This document shows positions 16,417 to 25,444 of a stretch of DNA of 55,764 nucleotides, one piece after another. A program made the translations under genes and the position numbers. The notes below the pieces were generated by a model. That model had not been told where the DNA came from. It worked only from the letters and a program-made list of their open reading frames with translations, and did no database searches. The DNA lies in the IMG/VR virus record IMGVR_UViG_3300033402_000018. The stretch is one strand, 5' to 3'. This stretch comes from a virus. The first letter of the stretch is position 1. The number at the start of each line of letters is the position of its first letter.

Positions 16417-19125
16417 ATGCCCTCCCTTCTTCACAAGCTGAGCTTCTTTGACCCCGAGGTCGGACGCTACTTCGTCGTAGCGAGCGACGGTTTTTACTGG
16501 AAAGAAGCCAAAAAATCACCTGAAGACTCCAAGGTTACAAAGCTGCTGGCTCAATACGGCTGGCAACTCCGAAACGGCAATGACGTGTGGTTGATCTTTA
16601 GACGCCCACGGACGCCGGGGGAGTTGTTCGTAATTCGTGGGGAGAAACGCTGGTATTATGATCTCCCAGATTCCGACCTGTTTGACGTAGCGGCGGAGGG
16701 TAGGGGTCTCGACAGCCTTCAACAGGCAATCGAGAGCGGTAAGCTGCCGGGAGCAAAAGCCAAGGGAATGACCGCCAGCCCCACCACAACGGCCGTCAAT
16801 AACGCCGGAAATGGTCACGGCTCCATGCCGGACGACCAGCTTGAACCAGATACCAAGTACGGCATGATGGGCCGACCGGACTACGGTTCCGGGTACACCG
16901 GAATCATGAACGAGTTGAATGCTGAAGATGATGAATGGAGCAAGGAAGCGTCCATTCTGGTTCTGAACGGCAGCGTAAAGATGGGTTCCACGACAGCGGA
17001 AACCTCGCTCTACGTCACAGGAGCGGAGTATCAAGGCTTGACGCTCACCAAGTTTACCTTCAGCCCTGACCGTCACAAGGCAAAGATTTTCCCAAAGCTT
17101 ACCGCGCAGAATCTCAGTCAACAGATTTTCGGTAAGTTCGCCACGGTTGCTCGTGTCGTGCTCGCCGCCGACTATCGCGAGATGTTTAAGGCTACCCTTG
17201 CGCTCGATCCCAAGTACGATAAAGTAATCAACCGTGAAATTGAGTGGGCTAAGCGCGTCCTCAAGAAGCAGGATCGCATCGTATGGTATCTCCGTTGGGT
17301 TCGTTTGGCTTGCGTGCATGACATGCTTGGCAGGGCGCATCTGGACGAGAACCCGGCTGGCGTTACGGCGGCTGCGGCTGCTCCCGCCCCGGCCCCAAAT
17401 CAGCCCCAGCAGCCCGCGCAGCAACAAAAGAAGCCGCAGACACGCACAGAGCAGATCAAAGCGTTGTACCAGCAGTACGACCGCGAGATGACGAATAAGA
17501 GCGGCGGCGGTGAACTTGTCACGCTGACTGACTTGGTTCACATGAAGCAGAGCCTTGAACACTTCTACTCACTGCACTCGCCAGAGATTGACAACTATAG
17601 CCCCAAGTACGAAAGCTGGAATGATCTCTACGGAAAATTCTCCGTGTTCGAGCAGGCTTGGAAGGAAGAAGCCGGGAAAGCACTCAAACCCAAAGAGGGT
17701 GATGAGATTTGGATTCAGTTCCCGGACGGCTGGGCGTGGTGGCATTTGCCACGCGCATCATGCGAAGACGAAGCTGCGGCGATGGGTCACTGCGGAAACT
17801 CACCTAATGCCAAAGCCAAGGGTGTTTCAATTCTCAGTTTGCGTAGACCGATCAAACGCGGCAATGAGACTCGCTGGGAGCCGCATCTAACTTTCATCCT
17901 GCACGGCACTGTGCTGGGCGAGATGAAAGGTAAGGGAAACGACAAGCCAGCGCCACAGTACCACAAGTACATCATCCCTTTGCTGCTGGATAAACGTATC
18001 ACTGGGGTTGGCGGCGGCGGTTATCTCGCAGAGCACAACTTTTCAATGAACGATTTGACGCCGGAACAACGCGCAGAAATCTCCAAGGCGAAGCCATCAA
18101 TGGGTATGAGCCTAAGCGGTTACTATAAAGCCTACGGCATGGACGATACATTAGCCGCCAGAATCAAGGCGATCCTTGGCATGGACTCGGCAACTTATGA
18201 TCCACAGTGGGGTTTTGCCCTGCGTTCGTGGGATACGCGTGAAGATTTCCTCGATGATGTGGGTGATTCCGAAGCATCGAAGGCCGCCACGTTCGTCCAG
18301 ACCGGGGAGCATGACTACGATGACCCAGACATTGACGAGTTGACCGACCTACTGGACGGCTTTGATGAAGTGGAACTGCATAACCTAGGGTTGCAGTTGC
18401 AGTACGATTATCCACGCGAGATGCGTGAGTGGTACGCGAACTTCAATCCAAATGATCGTGACGCGCTTAAGATGGCGCTTACGGACCTGTACAACGCGTA
18501 CATCAAGGGAGCCAAAGCACAGCATTCAAACCAGCGCAAAGGCTTGGAAAAGAAGATCAAAGAACTGGAAGCCAATGTGTCTGAAGACCCGGCGGCAGCG
18601 AACGAAGTTACTCCGCTGAAAGAGAAGCTGAAGAATTTGCGTCTCGATAAAGTCTGGGAGAAAGTTCCAGCACTGCTTGAATTGTATTCTGCTTATTTGT
18701 CAGGCGGGCCCGATCAAAACACAGTGGATAAACTACTGCGTGAAGCGCTCGAACGTGGCGTGGACGAGAGCGGGACTGAGATTCGTCGTACCAAGGACGG
18801 CAAGTGGCTGCAACTTTTGAGCGAAGAACAGGCAGTTGCCGACGCCGAAGCCGCGCAGAATCGTCACGGCACCGGAGGCTACTATGAGGCCCCGGAAATT
18901 AACGTGAGCATTCCGTATGATTGGGATGAGTTCGATGAAGAACGCGCAAGGGAATCCGCGAAGGAATATTTCAGTCGTCCGCCGAAGCGCCCGGAAGTTG
19001 ATAAGCGGCAGCGCCGTTTGTTCCCGGAACCAAAGACGGAAGAGTCCGCAAAGCGGCACGGAATCACCGTTTCCCATGCAAAGAACCCGCTTCTGCGCCG
19101 CAAGTCGTTAAAAACAAAGGTGTAG
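16417..19125 (+). CDS. large hypothetical protein (902 aa)
   Basis: longest ORF in the window. Low-complexity linker AAAAAPAPAPNQPQQPAQQQKKPQ. Segment EDEAAAMGHCGNS..GVSILSLRRP..LGEMKGKGNDKP is reminiscent of PcfJ-like domains (tentative). Confidence 0.75.
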   Translation: MPSLLHKLSFFDPEVGRYFVVASDGFYWKEAKKSPEDSKVTKLLAQYGWQLRNGNDVWLIFRRPRTPGELFVIRGEKRWYYDLPDSDLFDVAAEGRGLDSLQQAIESGKLPGAKAKGMTASPTTTAVNNAGNGHGSMPDDQLEPDTKYGMMGRPDYGSGYTGIMNELNAEDDEWSKEASILVLNGSVKMGSTTAETSLYVTGAEYQGLTLTKFTFSPDRHKAKIFPKLTAQNLSQQIFGKFATVARVVLAADYREMFKATLALDPKYDKVINREIEWAKRVLKKQDRIVWYLRWVRLACVHDMLGRAHLDENPAGVTAAAAAPAPAPNQPQQPAQQQKKPQTRTEQIKALYQQYDREMTNKSGGGELVTLTDLVHMKQSLEHFYSLHSPEIDNYSPKYESWNDLYGKFSVFEQAWKEEAGKALKPKEGDEIWIQFPDGWAWWHLPRASCEDEAAAMGHCGNSPNAKAKGVSILSLRRPIKRGNETRWEPHLTFILHGTVLGEMKGKGNDKPAPQYHKYIIPLLLDKRITGVGGGGYLAEHNFSMNDLTPEQRAEISKAKPSMGMSLSGYYKAYGMDDTLAARIKAILGMDSATYDPQWGFALRSWDTREDFLDDVGDSEASKAATFVQTGEHDYDDPDIDELTDLLDGFDEVELHNLGLQLQYDYPREMREWYANFNPNDRDALKMALTDLYNAYIKGAKAQHSNQRKGLEKKIKELEANVSEDPAAANEVTPLKEKLKNLRLDKVWEKVPALLELYSAYLSGGPDQNTVDKLLREALERGVDESGTEIRRTKDGKWLQLLSEEQAVADAEAAQNRHGTGGYYEAPEINVSIPYDWDEFDEERARESAKEYFSRPPKRPEVDKRQRRLFPEPKTEESAKRHGITVSHAKNPLLRRKSLKTKV

Positions 19126-19129
19126 AAAG

Positions 19130-19160
19130 TTCACCAAATACGCCGATTCCATCGTATACT
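19130..19160 (+). promoter_or_regulatory. sigma70-like promoter, probably giving a leaderless mRNA
   Basis: TTCACC-N19-TATACT; -10 ends 8 nt before ATG 19169. Confidence 0.4.
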
Positions 19161-19168
19161 AGAGTGGA

Positions 19169-19798
19169 ATGACATTACTCGAACGAGCAATTGAGATCGC
19201 CGTCCACGCCCATGCTGGGCAGATGGACGAAGACGGCTTGCCGCACATCATCCACAGCCTTGAAGTCATGTTCGCTGTGAAACGCCGATTCAGCGGTGAC
19301 CGTTGCCTCGCGCCGATCCTGAAGAAATACACCGAAGAAGAACTACTCATCGCCGCCGTCTTGCACGACACCGTGGAAGATTCCAAGGGTGCGATCACTC
19401 TGGACTACATCAAGTCCGTGTTCGGTGAGAACGTGGCTGAGATCGTAGACAGCGTGACGCGGCGCGGTTTAGGCGAAGGCGAGACGAAAGAGTTTTACCG
19501 GGACTTCATCTATCGCGCCAGACTCAACGAAGGCGGTGCGATCATCAAGCTGAGCGACCTTCACCACAACTTCGGACGCCTGAACAAAATCGCCGCCAGT
19601 AAGAAGAAGTGGCGCGAGAAACTGGAGTTCAAGTACGGAATATCCATCGGCGTCATCACCGACAACATCTCATGGGAGCAAGCATCTTGGAGTGTCCAAC
19701 ACGACGGCCCCCATGCTCACTATTACATTGCTGACCCTAACGGCAAGAAGATCGAAATCCCCGAAGAAGAATTCAATCAGATTTTTGCAAAAAAGTAA
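19169..19798 (+). CDS. small alarmone hydrolase, (p)ppGpp pyrophosphohydrolase HD domain (SpoT/Mesh1-like)
   Basis: AIEIAVHAHAGQMDEDGLPHIIHSLEV..AAVLHDTVEDS..FGENVAEIVDSVT matches the RelA/SpoT hydrolase HD_4 pattern. Confidence 0.75.
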   Translation: MTLLERAIEIAVHAHAGQMDEDGLPHIIHSLEVMFAVKRRFSGDRCLAPILKKYTEEELLIAAVLHDTVEDSKGAITLDYIKSVFGENVAEIVDSVTRRGLGEGETKEFYRDFIYRARLNEGGAIIKLSDLHHNFGRLNKIAASKKKWREKLEFKYGISIGVITDNISWEQASWSVQHDGPHAHYYIADPNGKKIEIPEEEFNQIFAKK

Positions 19799-19854
19799 TT
19801 GAGCCGAAATCGAAAGATGTTAGACTGGCATCTAAGTTTTAGAGGGAACGCCTT

Positions 19855-21417
19855 ATGATGACACCGCAGGAAGAACGAATTCTCAACGCGGCACGCCAAA
19901 AGATCGAAGAGCAGCAGGAATTGCTCAGACGCCTGACCGCCCCAGCCTACCACCTTGGGATCGTCTGCGGTGTGTATCCGAAGACCGTGGTTGTGGACAC
20001 AGGTTCCCAACTCTTTGAGCTTGACCGCATCGAAGGCGGACCAGACATCAAGGTTGGTCAGGGCGTTGACATTCATCCGCAGACCGGGCAGATCGCCAAA
20101 GTTTCAGACTTCGTTTCCTACGGAAGCACCGGGACGGTATCGCAGATCGACGGCAACATCATCCAGATCAGTGTTCCGTCCGGCCTCATCACCACCGAAT
20201 ATTCGCTCATCCCGGTAAGCATCGGCGACAAGATCGTGATGAACAGCACGAACCACGTCATCATGAAGAAGCTGCCGACCGCGTCGAAGTATGCCTTCAA
20301 GACGAGCGCCGTGCTGGACTGGAAAGACATCGGCGCTTGCGAAGACGCGAAAAAAGAACTTATCGCCGCGCTCGAAACGCCTTACACCGCATCGCCGCTG
20401 TTCAAATTCTTCAACAAGGATCAGATCAAAGGCGCACTACTTTGGGGACGCCCCGGCAACGGCAAGACTTTGCTTGGACGAGCCGCCGCTGGCGCACTGG
20501 CGCGTATGCACGGCGTGGAAGCTAGGGACTCAGGCTTTATCTACATCAAGGGGCCAGAAATCCTTGACAAGTACGTTGGCGAAACTGAATCTCAGATTCG
20601 CGAAGCTTTCGCCTATGCCAAAGCGCACTTCAAGAAACACGGCTATCCGGCTGTCATGTTCGTGGACGAAGCGGACGCCGTAATGATGCGCCGTGGTTCG
20701 CGCACCGCATCCGGCATGGAAATGACCATCGTCCCGCAGTTCCTTTCTGAGATGGACGGCATCGAAGACAGCGGCGTGTTCGTGCTGCTGGCTACCAACC
20801 GTGCGGATACGCTCGATCCGGCAATCATTCGTCCCGGTCGCTGCGACCGCCGCGTCCATGTGGCACCACCCAACAAGCTCAACGCCCCGGAGATTTGGGA
20901 CATTCACATGCGCAAAGTGCCTGTAACTAACGGCGTGAGCAAAGAACAGTTGATCCAGAGCGTGAATGACACGCTGTTCAGCGAGCAATTTCCGCTCTAT
21001 TTGATTGACACGCCCAACGGACGCAAGACGTTCAGCCTTGGGAATCTTGTGTCAGGCGCTATGATCGCGGGAGCCGTGGAACGGGCATCAGCCATTGGCA
21101 TTGACCGTAATCTCATGGCCCTGTGCGGCACAACTCAGCCGACGCAGGATCAGCTTGCAAAGGTTGACCCAAAGAAATTTGACGGTCTCTCGCAAGGGGA
21201 CTTCACCGCCGCGCTTGCCGCCATGCACAAAGAGCAGTACGGCATGAACCATTTCGATGAACTGCGTGAGTTTATCGACATGCAGAAGCTCGAAGTCACG
21301 TCCATTGAGCAATGCCACGATGGGCAAAAGATCGAACGCCCGAAGCCGCAGCCGCGCAAGGAACCAGAGATCATCGGTGTTATTCCAATGCCGACAGGGA
21401 AGAAGTTCGACGCATAA
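19855..21417 (+). CDS. Mpa/ARC-type (proteasome-associated-like) AAA+ unfoldase
   Basis: N-terminal coiled coil (EERILNAARQKIEEQQELLRRL) plus OB-like segment. Walker A GRPGNGKT, Walker B VMFVDEAD. IKGPEILDKYVGETESQIR..TIVPQFLSEMDG..ATNRADTLDPAIIRPGRCDR closely parallels Mpa IKGPELLNKFVGETERHIR..VVPQLLSEIDG..ASNREDMIDPAILRPGRLD. Confidence 0.85.
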   Translation: MMTPQEERILNAARQKIEEQQELLRRLTAPAYHLGIVCGVYPKTVVVDTGSQLFELDRIEGGPDIKVGQGVDIHPQTGQIAKVSDFVSYGSTGTVSQIDGNIIQISVPSGLITTEYSLIPVSIGDKIVMNSTNHVIMKKLPTASKYAFKTSAVLDWKDIGACEDAKKELIAALETPYTASPLFKFFNKDQIKGALLWGRPGNGKTLLGRAAAGALARMHGVEARDSGFIYIKGPEILDKYVGETESQIREAFAYAKAHFKKHGYPAVMFVDEADAVMMRRGSRTASGMEMTIVPQFLSEMDGIEDSGVFVLLATNRADTLDPAIIRPGRCDRRVHVAPPNKLNAPEIWDIHMRKVPVTNGVSKEQLIQSVNDTLFSEQFPLYLIDTPNGRKTFSLGNLVSGAMIAGAVERASAIGIDRNLMALCGTTQPTQDQLAKVDPKKFDGLSQGDFTAALAAMHKEQYGMNHFDELREFIDMQKLEVTSIEQCHDGQKIERPKPQPRKEPEIIGVIPMPTGKKFDA

Positions 21418-21426
21418 GGGGAAGTC

Positions 21427-21639
21427 ATGAGCCAGAGACAGATCGAGAGACCGCAAGAGAAAAAGCCACGTCCGGCTGGCAATCAAGGGCCAACACTGGA
21501 TGTCAACATTGACATTGGCGGCGAAGAAGTTGATGACATCTTGCGCGATCTGGATGTGATCGAGCACCCGGAAAAATACTCGCAAGAACAGCGCGATTGC
21601 CAGTGTTTCCGCCCGTCAAGGGGCGGTGGATTCAGATAA
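21427..21639 (+). CDS. Pup-like small protein (prokaryotic ubiquitin-like family resemblance), C-terminus non-canonical
   Basis: 70 aa, 10 nt after the AAA+ stop. MSQRQIER.. vs Pup MAQEQTKR... GEEVDDILRDLDVIE vs Pup EETDDLLDEIDDVLE. Ends SRGGGFR, not GGQ/GGE. Confidence 0.45.
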   Translation: MSQRQIERPQEKKPRPAGNQGPTLDVNIDIGGEEVDDILRDLDVIEHPEKYSQEQRDCQCFRPSRGGGFR

Positions 21640-21956
21640 TGCAGAAACGAGAGCAAAGACCGTTGCTGCCCGTCAGCAAACGTGGTCAAATCTCGCCGAT
21701 GCAGGTTGAAGTGGCGTCGGCGGACAGCGTGCTGCATGTTCTCGACAGCTACAGGAAGAACCTTGCGGACTTGCTCCGTAAGACAGACGTAGCCGAAAAA
21801 ACGAAAGAATCTCACTGTGACATCAATTGTGAGTGTCCGCCGTGTATTTCCGGCGATTGCTCGAACTGTGTTGTTGACCGATTGAAGAAAACGCGTCAGT
21901 TCGGTGATCCAGCCATTGTTGATGCGTGCAACCAATATCGCGGGGGGAAAATGTGA
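21639..21956 (+). CDS. hypothetical Cys-rich protein
   Basis: ATG 21639 on TAATG junction; HCDINCECPPCISGDCSNC cluster; 105 aa. Confidence 0.5.
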   Translation: MQKREQRPLLPVSKRGQISPMQVEVASADSVLHVLDSYRKNLADLLRKTDVAEKTKESHCDINCECPPCISGDCSNCVVDRLKKTRQFGDPAIVDACNQYRGGKM

Positions 21957-22264
21957 ACGAATTTCTCAAACTGGTTTACCTCAGCATTGCGGTTGGTGCG
22001 ATCAGCTTGGTCATCACGAAGAGCCAGATTTTCAATGCCTTTCACGCTTGGCTTGAGAAGCGTTCTCTCTTTCTCGAAGACATGTTATCCTGTCCTTGGT
22101 GTACCAGCCATTGGGTTTCCCTGTTCTTCGTTCTCGTCTACCATCCACTGGTGGTAAACGTCTGGGCACCGCTTGACTACTTCGTGAGTATCATGATTGT
22201 GGTCGCGCTGTCTTCAATAACTGCAAGATTGATCTGGTCGGCGTATAAGCCGATGATGGGATAG
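21953..22264 (+). CDS. DUF1360-like membrane protein
   Basis: GTG 21953 (GTGA overlap, GGGGGG SD); LSCPWCTSHWVSLFFVLVY matches the CPWCxSxW motif of DUF1360. Confidence 0.55.
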   Translation: MNEFLKLVYLSIAVGAISLVITKSQIFNAFHAWLEKRSLFLEDMLSCPWCTSHWVSLFFVLVYHPLVVNVWAPLDYFVSIMIVVALSSITARLIWSAYKPMMG

Positions 22265-22274
22265 CCGGAGGAGT

Positions 22275-24353
22275 ATGACTAACAAAGAACTGGTGCAGAT
22301 GTTCAACGCCGATCTGGAAGCAGCGCGGGACGCCTACTACAAGAAGGCGGAACCGATCATGACCGACGCGGAATATGACGCTATGGAAAAGAGTCTCCGC
22401 AATCTCATTACCGTGTTTCCGGGACTCGCCGAGTTCGCACCTGTCCTGAAGACGGTCGGCTCTGACCTTACGTCCAGTGGGCGCATCAAACACGCTGTCC
22501 CGATGCTCAGCATCGAAAACCAGTACACTGAAGAGGATTTCACTGGTCAGTATGACAAGTGGGGCGCGAACATGCCTGTTGTGCTGGAGCCGAAGTTTGA
22601 CGGCATCAGCGTCTCCATCCTGTATCTCAACGGCGTGCTTGAACGGGCGCTGACTCGCGGCGACGGCACGTCCGGCGAGAACATCACCGCAGCGGTTAAA
22701 GCGGTCAAATCCATCCCCCAGACTCTTCCGATAGATGTGTTCACCAGCCAATGCGAGATTCGCGGTGAGCTTGTGATGGCAAACGCCACACTCGAACGCA
22801 TCAACCGGGAAGCGGCGGCGATAGGCGGTAAGCAGTATTCCAGCACGCGCAACTTGACTGCCGGAACGATGAAGCAGCGTGACATGGACATCGTTGCCAG
22901 TCGAGACATTTTGCTCATGCCGTGGGATGTGCTTAGTGTCAGCGCTTGGAAAGATGGCAAGCAGTTATTGCCGGACAGCCGTTACGAGCGCTTGCTTCTA
23001 CTGAGCGAACACGGCTTTGAAGAGCCAAAGGGTATTCGTTGCTTCCTTCGGGATGCGATCATCCCGGCGCTTCACATTCTCCTGAAGCACAACAAAGAGC
23101 GTGCAGTTAATTGTGACGGCGTTGTCATGAAGGTAGATAGTGTGACCGCGTGCAAAGAGCTTGGCAACGGCTCCAAATACACGAACTGGCAGACCTGCTT
23201 CAAACCACAGTCTGCGTCCGGCACTACATACTTGCGTGAGATTCAATGGCAAGTGGGGCGCACGGGCGTCATCAGTCCGGTTGCGAAATGTGACGTGGTT
23301 GTCTTGGCTAGTGCTAACGTCACCAGTGCCAGCTTGAACAACATCACGTTCATCCGCAAGATGGGCCTGAAGCTGGGCGCGAAAGTTGAAATGCTGCGCT
23401 CCGGCGATGTCATCCCGCAGATCGTGCGCGTCATTGATGACGGTGACGAAGAGATCAACCCTCCAACTCACTGTCCTGAATGCAACAGTCTGACGGAGTT
23501 GCGGGACGAAGGCGGGCAAGGCATTATCCAGTGCTTCTGCACCAGCCCGTTCTGCCCCGCACAGATCATAGGCTACCTTTCGTTCGTCGGCAGTCGTGAC
23601 GTTCTGGAGATCGACGGTCTGGGGCCGGAAATGGCGCGTAAGCTGGTCGAAGGTGAGTTCACTCGCGATCTTGCTGAGCTTTATGAATTTCAGCAGGACA
23701 TGATGAACATCCTCACGAAATTTGACGAGGAAACACTGATTCGCGGCGGACGCAAAAAAGGCTTTGACGCCACTCTTCCGAAGATGGTTCGGTCATTGGA
23801 GAAGGCGAAAACCGCGCCGTGGGAACGCTGGATCAAAGCGCTTGGCATTCCGATGATTGGCGAGACGCTGGGCAAGGTGGTCGCGTCTACTCTCGATCTT
23901 CAGGAAAAGAGCATGGCTACGCTGGATGTTGACCTGATCCTTTTTGCCGGGAAAGAAGTAGACGGGTTCGGTGAAGCCAAGATGAGCGCGATCCGAAGCT
24001 GGGCGGAACGAAACGGTGAACTCTGCCGGAAGCTCTACGGACTTGGTATTCGTCCTACTCCGATGGAAAAGGTGGTGGTCGCCGAAGGCGCACCACTGAA
24101 AGGTGTCGTCTTCTGCATCACCGGGGAGTTCAGCGAAGACCGCGATGCCCTGACGAAGAAGCTGGTTGCGCTTGGCGCGGAAGCGAAGTCCGGTGTCACT
24201 AAGAAAATCAACCTCTTAATCGTCGGGGAGAGCGCCGGAAAAACAAAATTGACCAAAGCCAAGGAACTTGGCATCAAACAGGTAGGCAAAGAGTGGCTGG
24301 AACAGGCGCTTGGCGGACTTAAGCCTGATACCTTCGCCGCTGAGAGGGCGTAA
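22275..24353 (+). CDS. ligA: NAD-dependent DNA ligase LigA
   Basis: adenylation motif EPKFDGISV (KxDG), Zn finger CPECNS..C..C, HhH region, C-terminal BRCT (GVVFCITGEF); 692 aa. Confidence 0.93.
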   Translation: MTNKELVQMFNADLEAARDAYYKKAEPIMTDAEYDAMEKSLRNLITVFPGLAEFAPVLKTVGSDLTSSGRIKHAVPMLSIENQYTEEDFTGQYDKWGANMPVVLEPKFDGISVSILYLNGVLERALTRGDGTSGENITAAVKAVKSIPQTLPIDVFTSQCEIRGELVMANATLERINREAAAIGGKQYSSTRNLTAGTMKQRDMDIVASRDILLMPWDVLSVSAWKDGKQLLPDSRYERLLLLSEHGFEEPKGIRCFLRDAIIPALHILLKHNKERAVNCDGVVMKVDSVTACKELGNGSKYTNWQTCFKPQSASGTTYLREIQWQVGRTGVISPVAKCDVVVLASANVTSASLNNITFIRKMGLKLGAKVEMLRSGDVIPQIVRVIDDGDEEINPPTHCPECNSLTELRDEGGQGIIQCFCTSPFCPAQIIGYLSFVGSRDVLEIDGLGPEMARKLVEGEFTRDLAELYEFQQDMMNILTKFDEETLIRGGRKKGFDATLPKMVRSLEKAKTAPWERWIKALGIPMIGETLGKVVASTLDLQEKSMATLDVDLILFAGKEVDGFGEAKMSAIRSWAERNGELCRKLYGLGIRPTPMEKVVVAEGAPLKGVVFCITGEFSEDRDALTKKLVALGAEAKSGVTKKINLLIVGESAGKTKLTKAKELGIKQVGKEWLEQALGGLKPDTFAAERA

Positions 24354-24613
24354 TGCACGATCTGCATGTAGGGCACATTCTCTTCTACTTGGTCGCGTTT
24401 GAAATCGCGGCTTTCGTTCTGACTTCCGTCATCCTGCTCATTAAGTGGACGCGAGCAGGGCACCCATTTAGTTCCGCGTGGGGCATAGTTTTCGGCAGTG
24501 AAGTTCGTTTCTTCGAGTTCCTGCCGCTGTTCGTGACCATCAACGGGATTAGCTTTGTGATCTGGATTCTATGGCTCGTCGCGTCCCACTTCGGCATAAC
24601 GTTGTCTTGGTGA
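24353..24613 (+). CDS. small membrane protein
   Basis: 86 aa, three hydrophobic helices; TAATG junction with ligA. Confidence 0.5.
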   Translation: MHDLHVGHILFYLVAFEIAAFVLTSVILLIKWTRAGHPFSSAWGIVFGSEVRFFEFLPLFVTINGISFVIWILWLVASHFGITLSW

Positions 24614-24616
24614 TCT

Positions 24617-25390
24617 ATGTTTTCTGAAGCGCTCAAAATCGAGATCAAAGCCTACGTTTGGAACGAAGGCGAGACGCCCATTGAGCTTGTGTGGGATGGG
24701 CCGGACAATTTCGACCACATCCAGCACCAGCTTCGTGACCATCTCAACGAGAAAGATTTCGGTAAGATCGTCGCCGTTCATGGCACCGGATTGGACGCCG
24801 ATCTGACGGAGCTTCACTATCGAGCTTTCACCGATCCGTTCCGTGGGCGCAAGATCGTTGCTGGCGTCACAGCGGAAGATTGCCAGAACCAGTATGAAGA
24901 AGTCATCACCAACTACCACCAAAAGGTGTTCAGCCCCCGCGACTTGTATCAGTTGAAGCCAGCGGACACAAGCTATTTCCTGTGGCATTTTGTGTCTGTT
25001 CACCTTCAGGAGGAACTTGGTATCTACGATCTGGATTTGGATTCTGCCGAAGAAGGCAAGCGGATCGAGATTCGCACCATCGCTGACATTTGCCATGACG
25101 GGCGGCGCACGTGGACGTTGCAGACAGTTTGGTTCGACGGCGTTCCGGTTATGGTGGTCAACAGCAGTGGGCGAGACGGCGACGAATATCACCAGCGCTG
25201 GATTACGAACCTGACGCAGTTCGGTGAACTGCTTAACTATTTGCGGAACTTCACCAAGAGACAGATTGAAGGTTTTGTGGCTGAAGACACGATCATCCCC
25301 AACATGACGGAGTTCTACGGCGGCACGATTCATGACTTTTACGATGTCGTTAGCCAGCGGCCGATTCCGGCGAAAGTCCGAATTGGGTAG
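24617..25390 (+). CDS. hypothetical protein
   Basis: 257-aa ORF; no motif recognised. Confidence 0.6.
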   Translation: MFSEALKIEIKAYVWNEGETPIELVWDGPDNFDHIQHQLRDHLNEKDFGKIVAVHGTGLDADLTELHYRAFTDPFRGRKIVAGVTAEDCQNQYEEVITNYHQKVFSPRDLYQLKPADTSYFLWHFVSVHLQEELGIYDLDLDSAEEGKRIEIRTIADICHDGRRTWTLQTVWFDGVPVMVVNSSGRDGDEYHQRWITNLTQFGELLNYLRNFTKRQIEGFVAEDTIIPNMTEFYGGTIHDFYDVVSQRPIPAKVRIG

Positions 25391-25444
25391 ATTTTTTGAA
25401 TCGCTTTACGGTAAGATGGAATCTTAGAGCGTAGGAGCAATATT

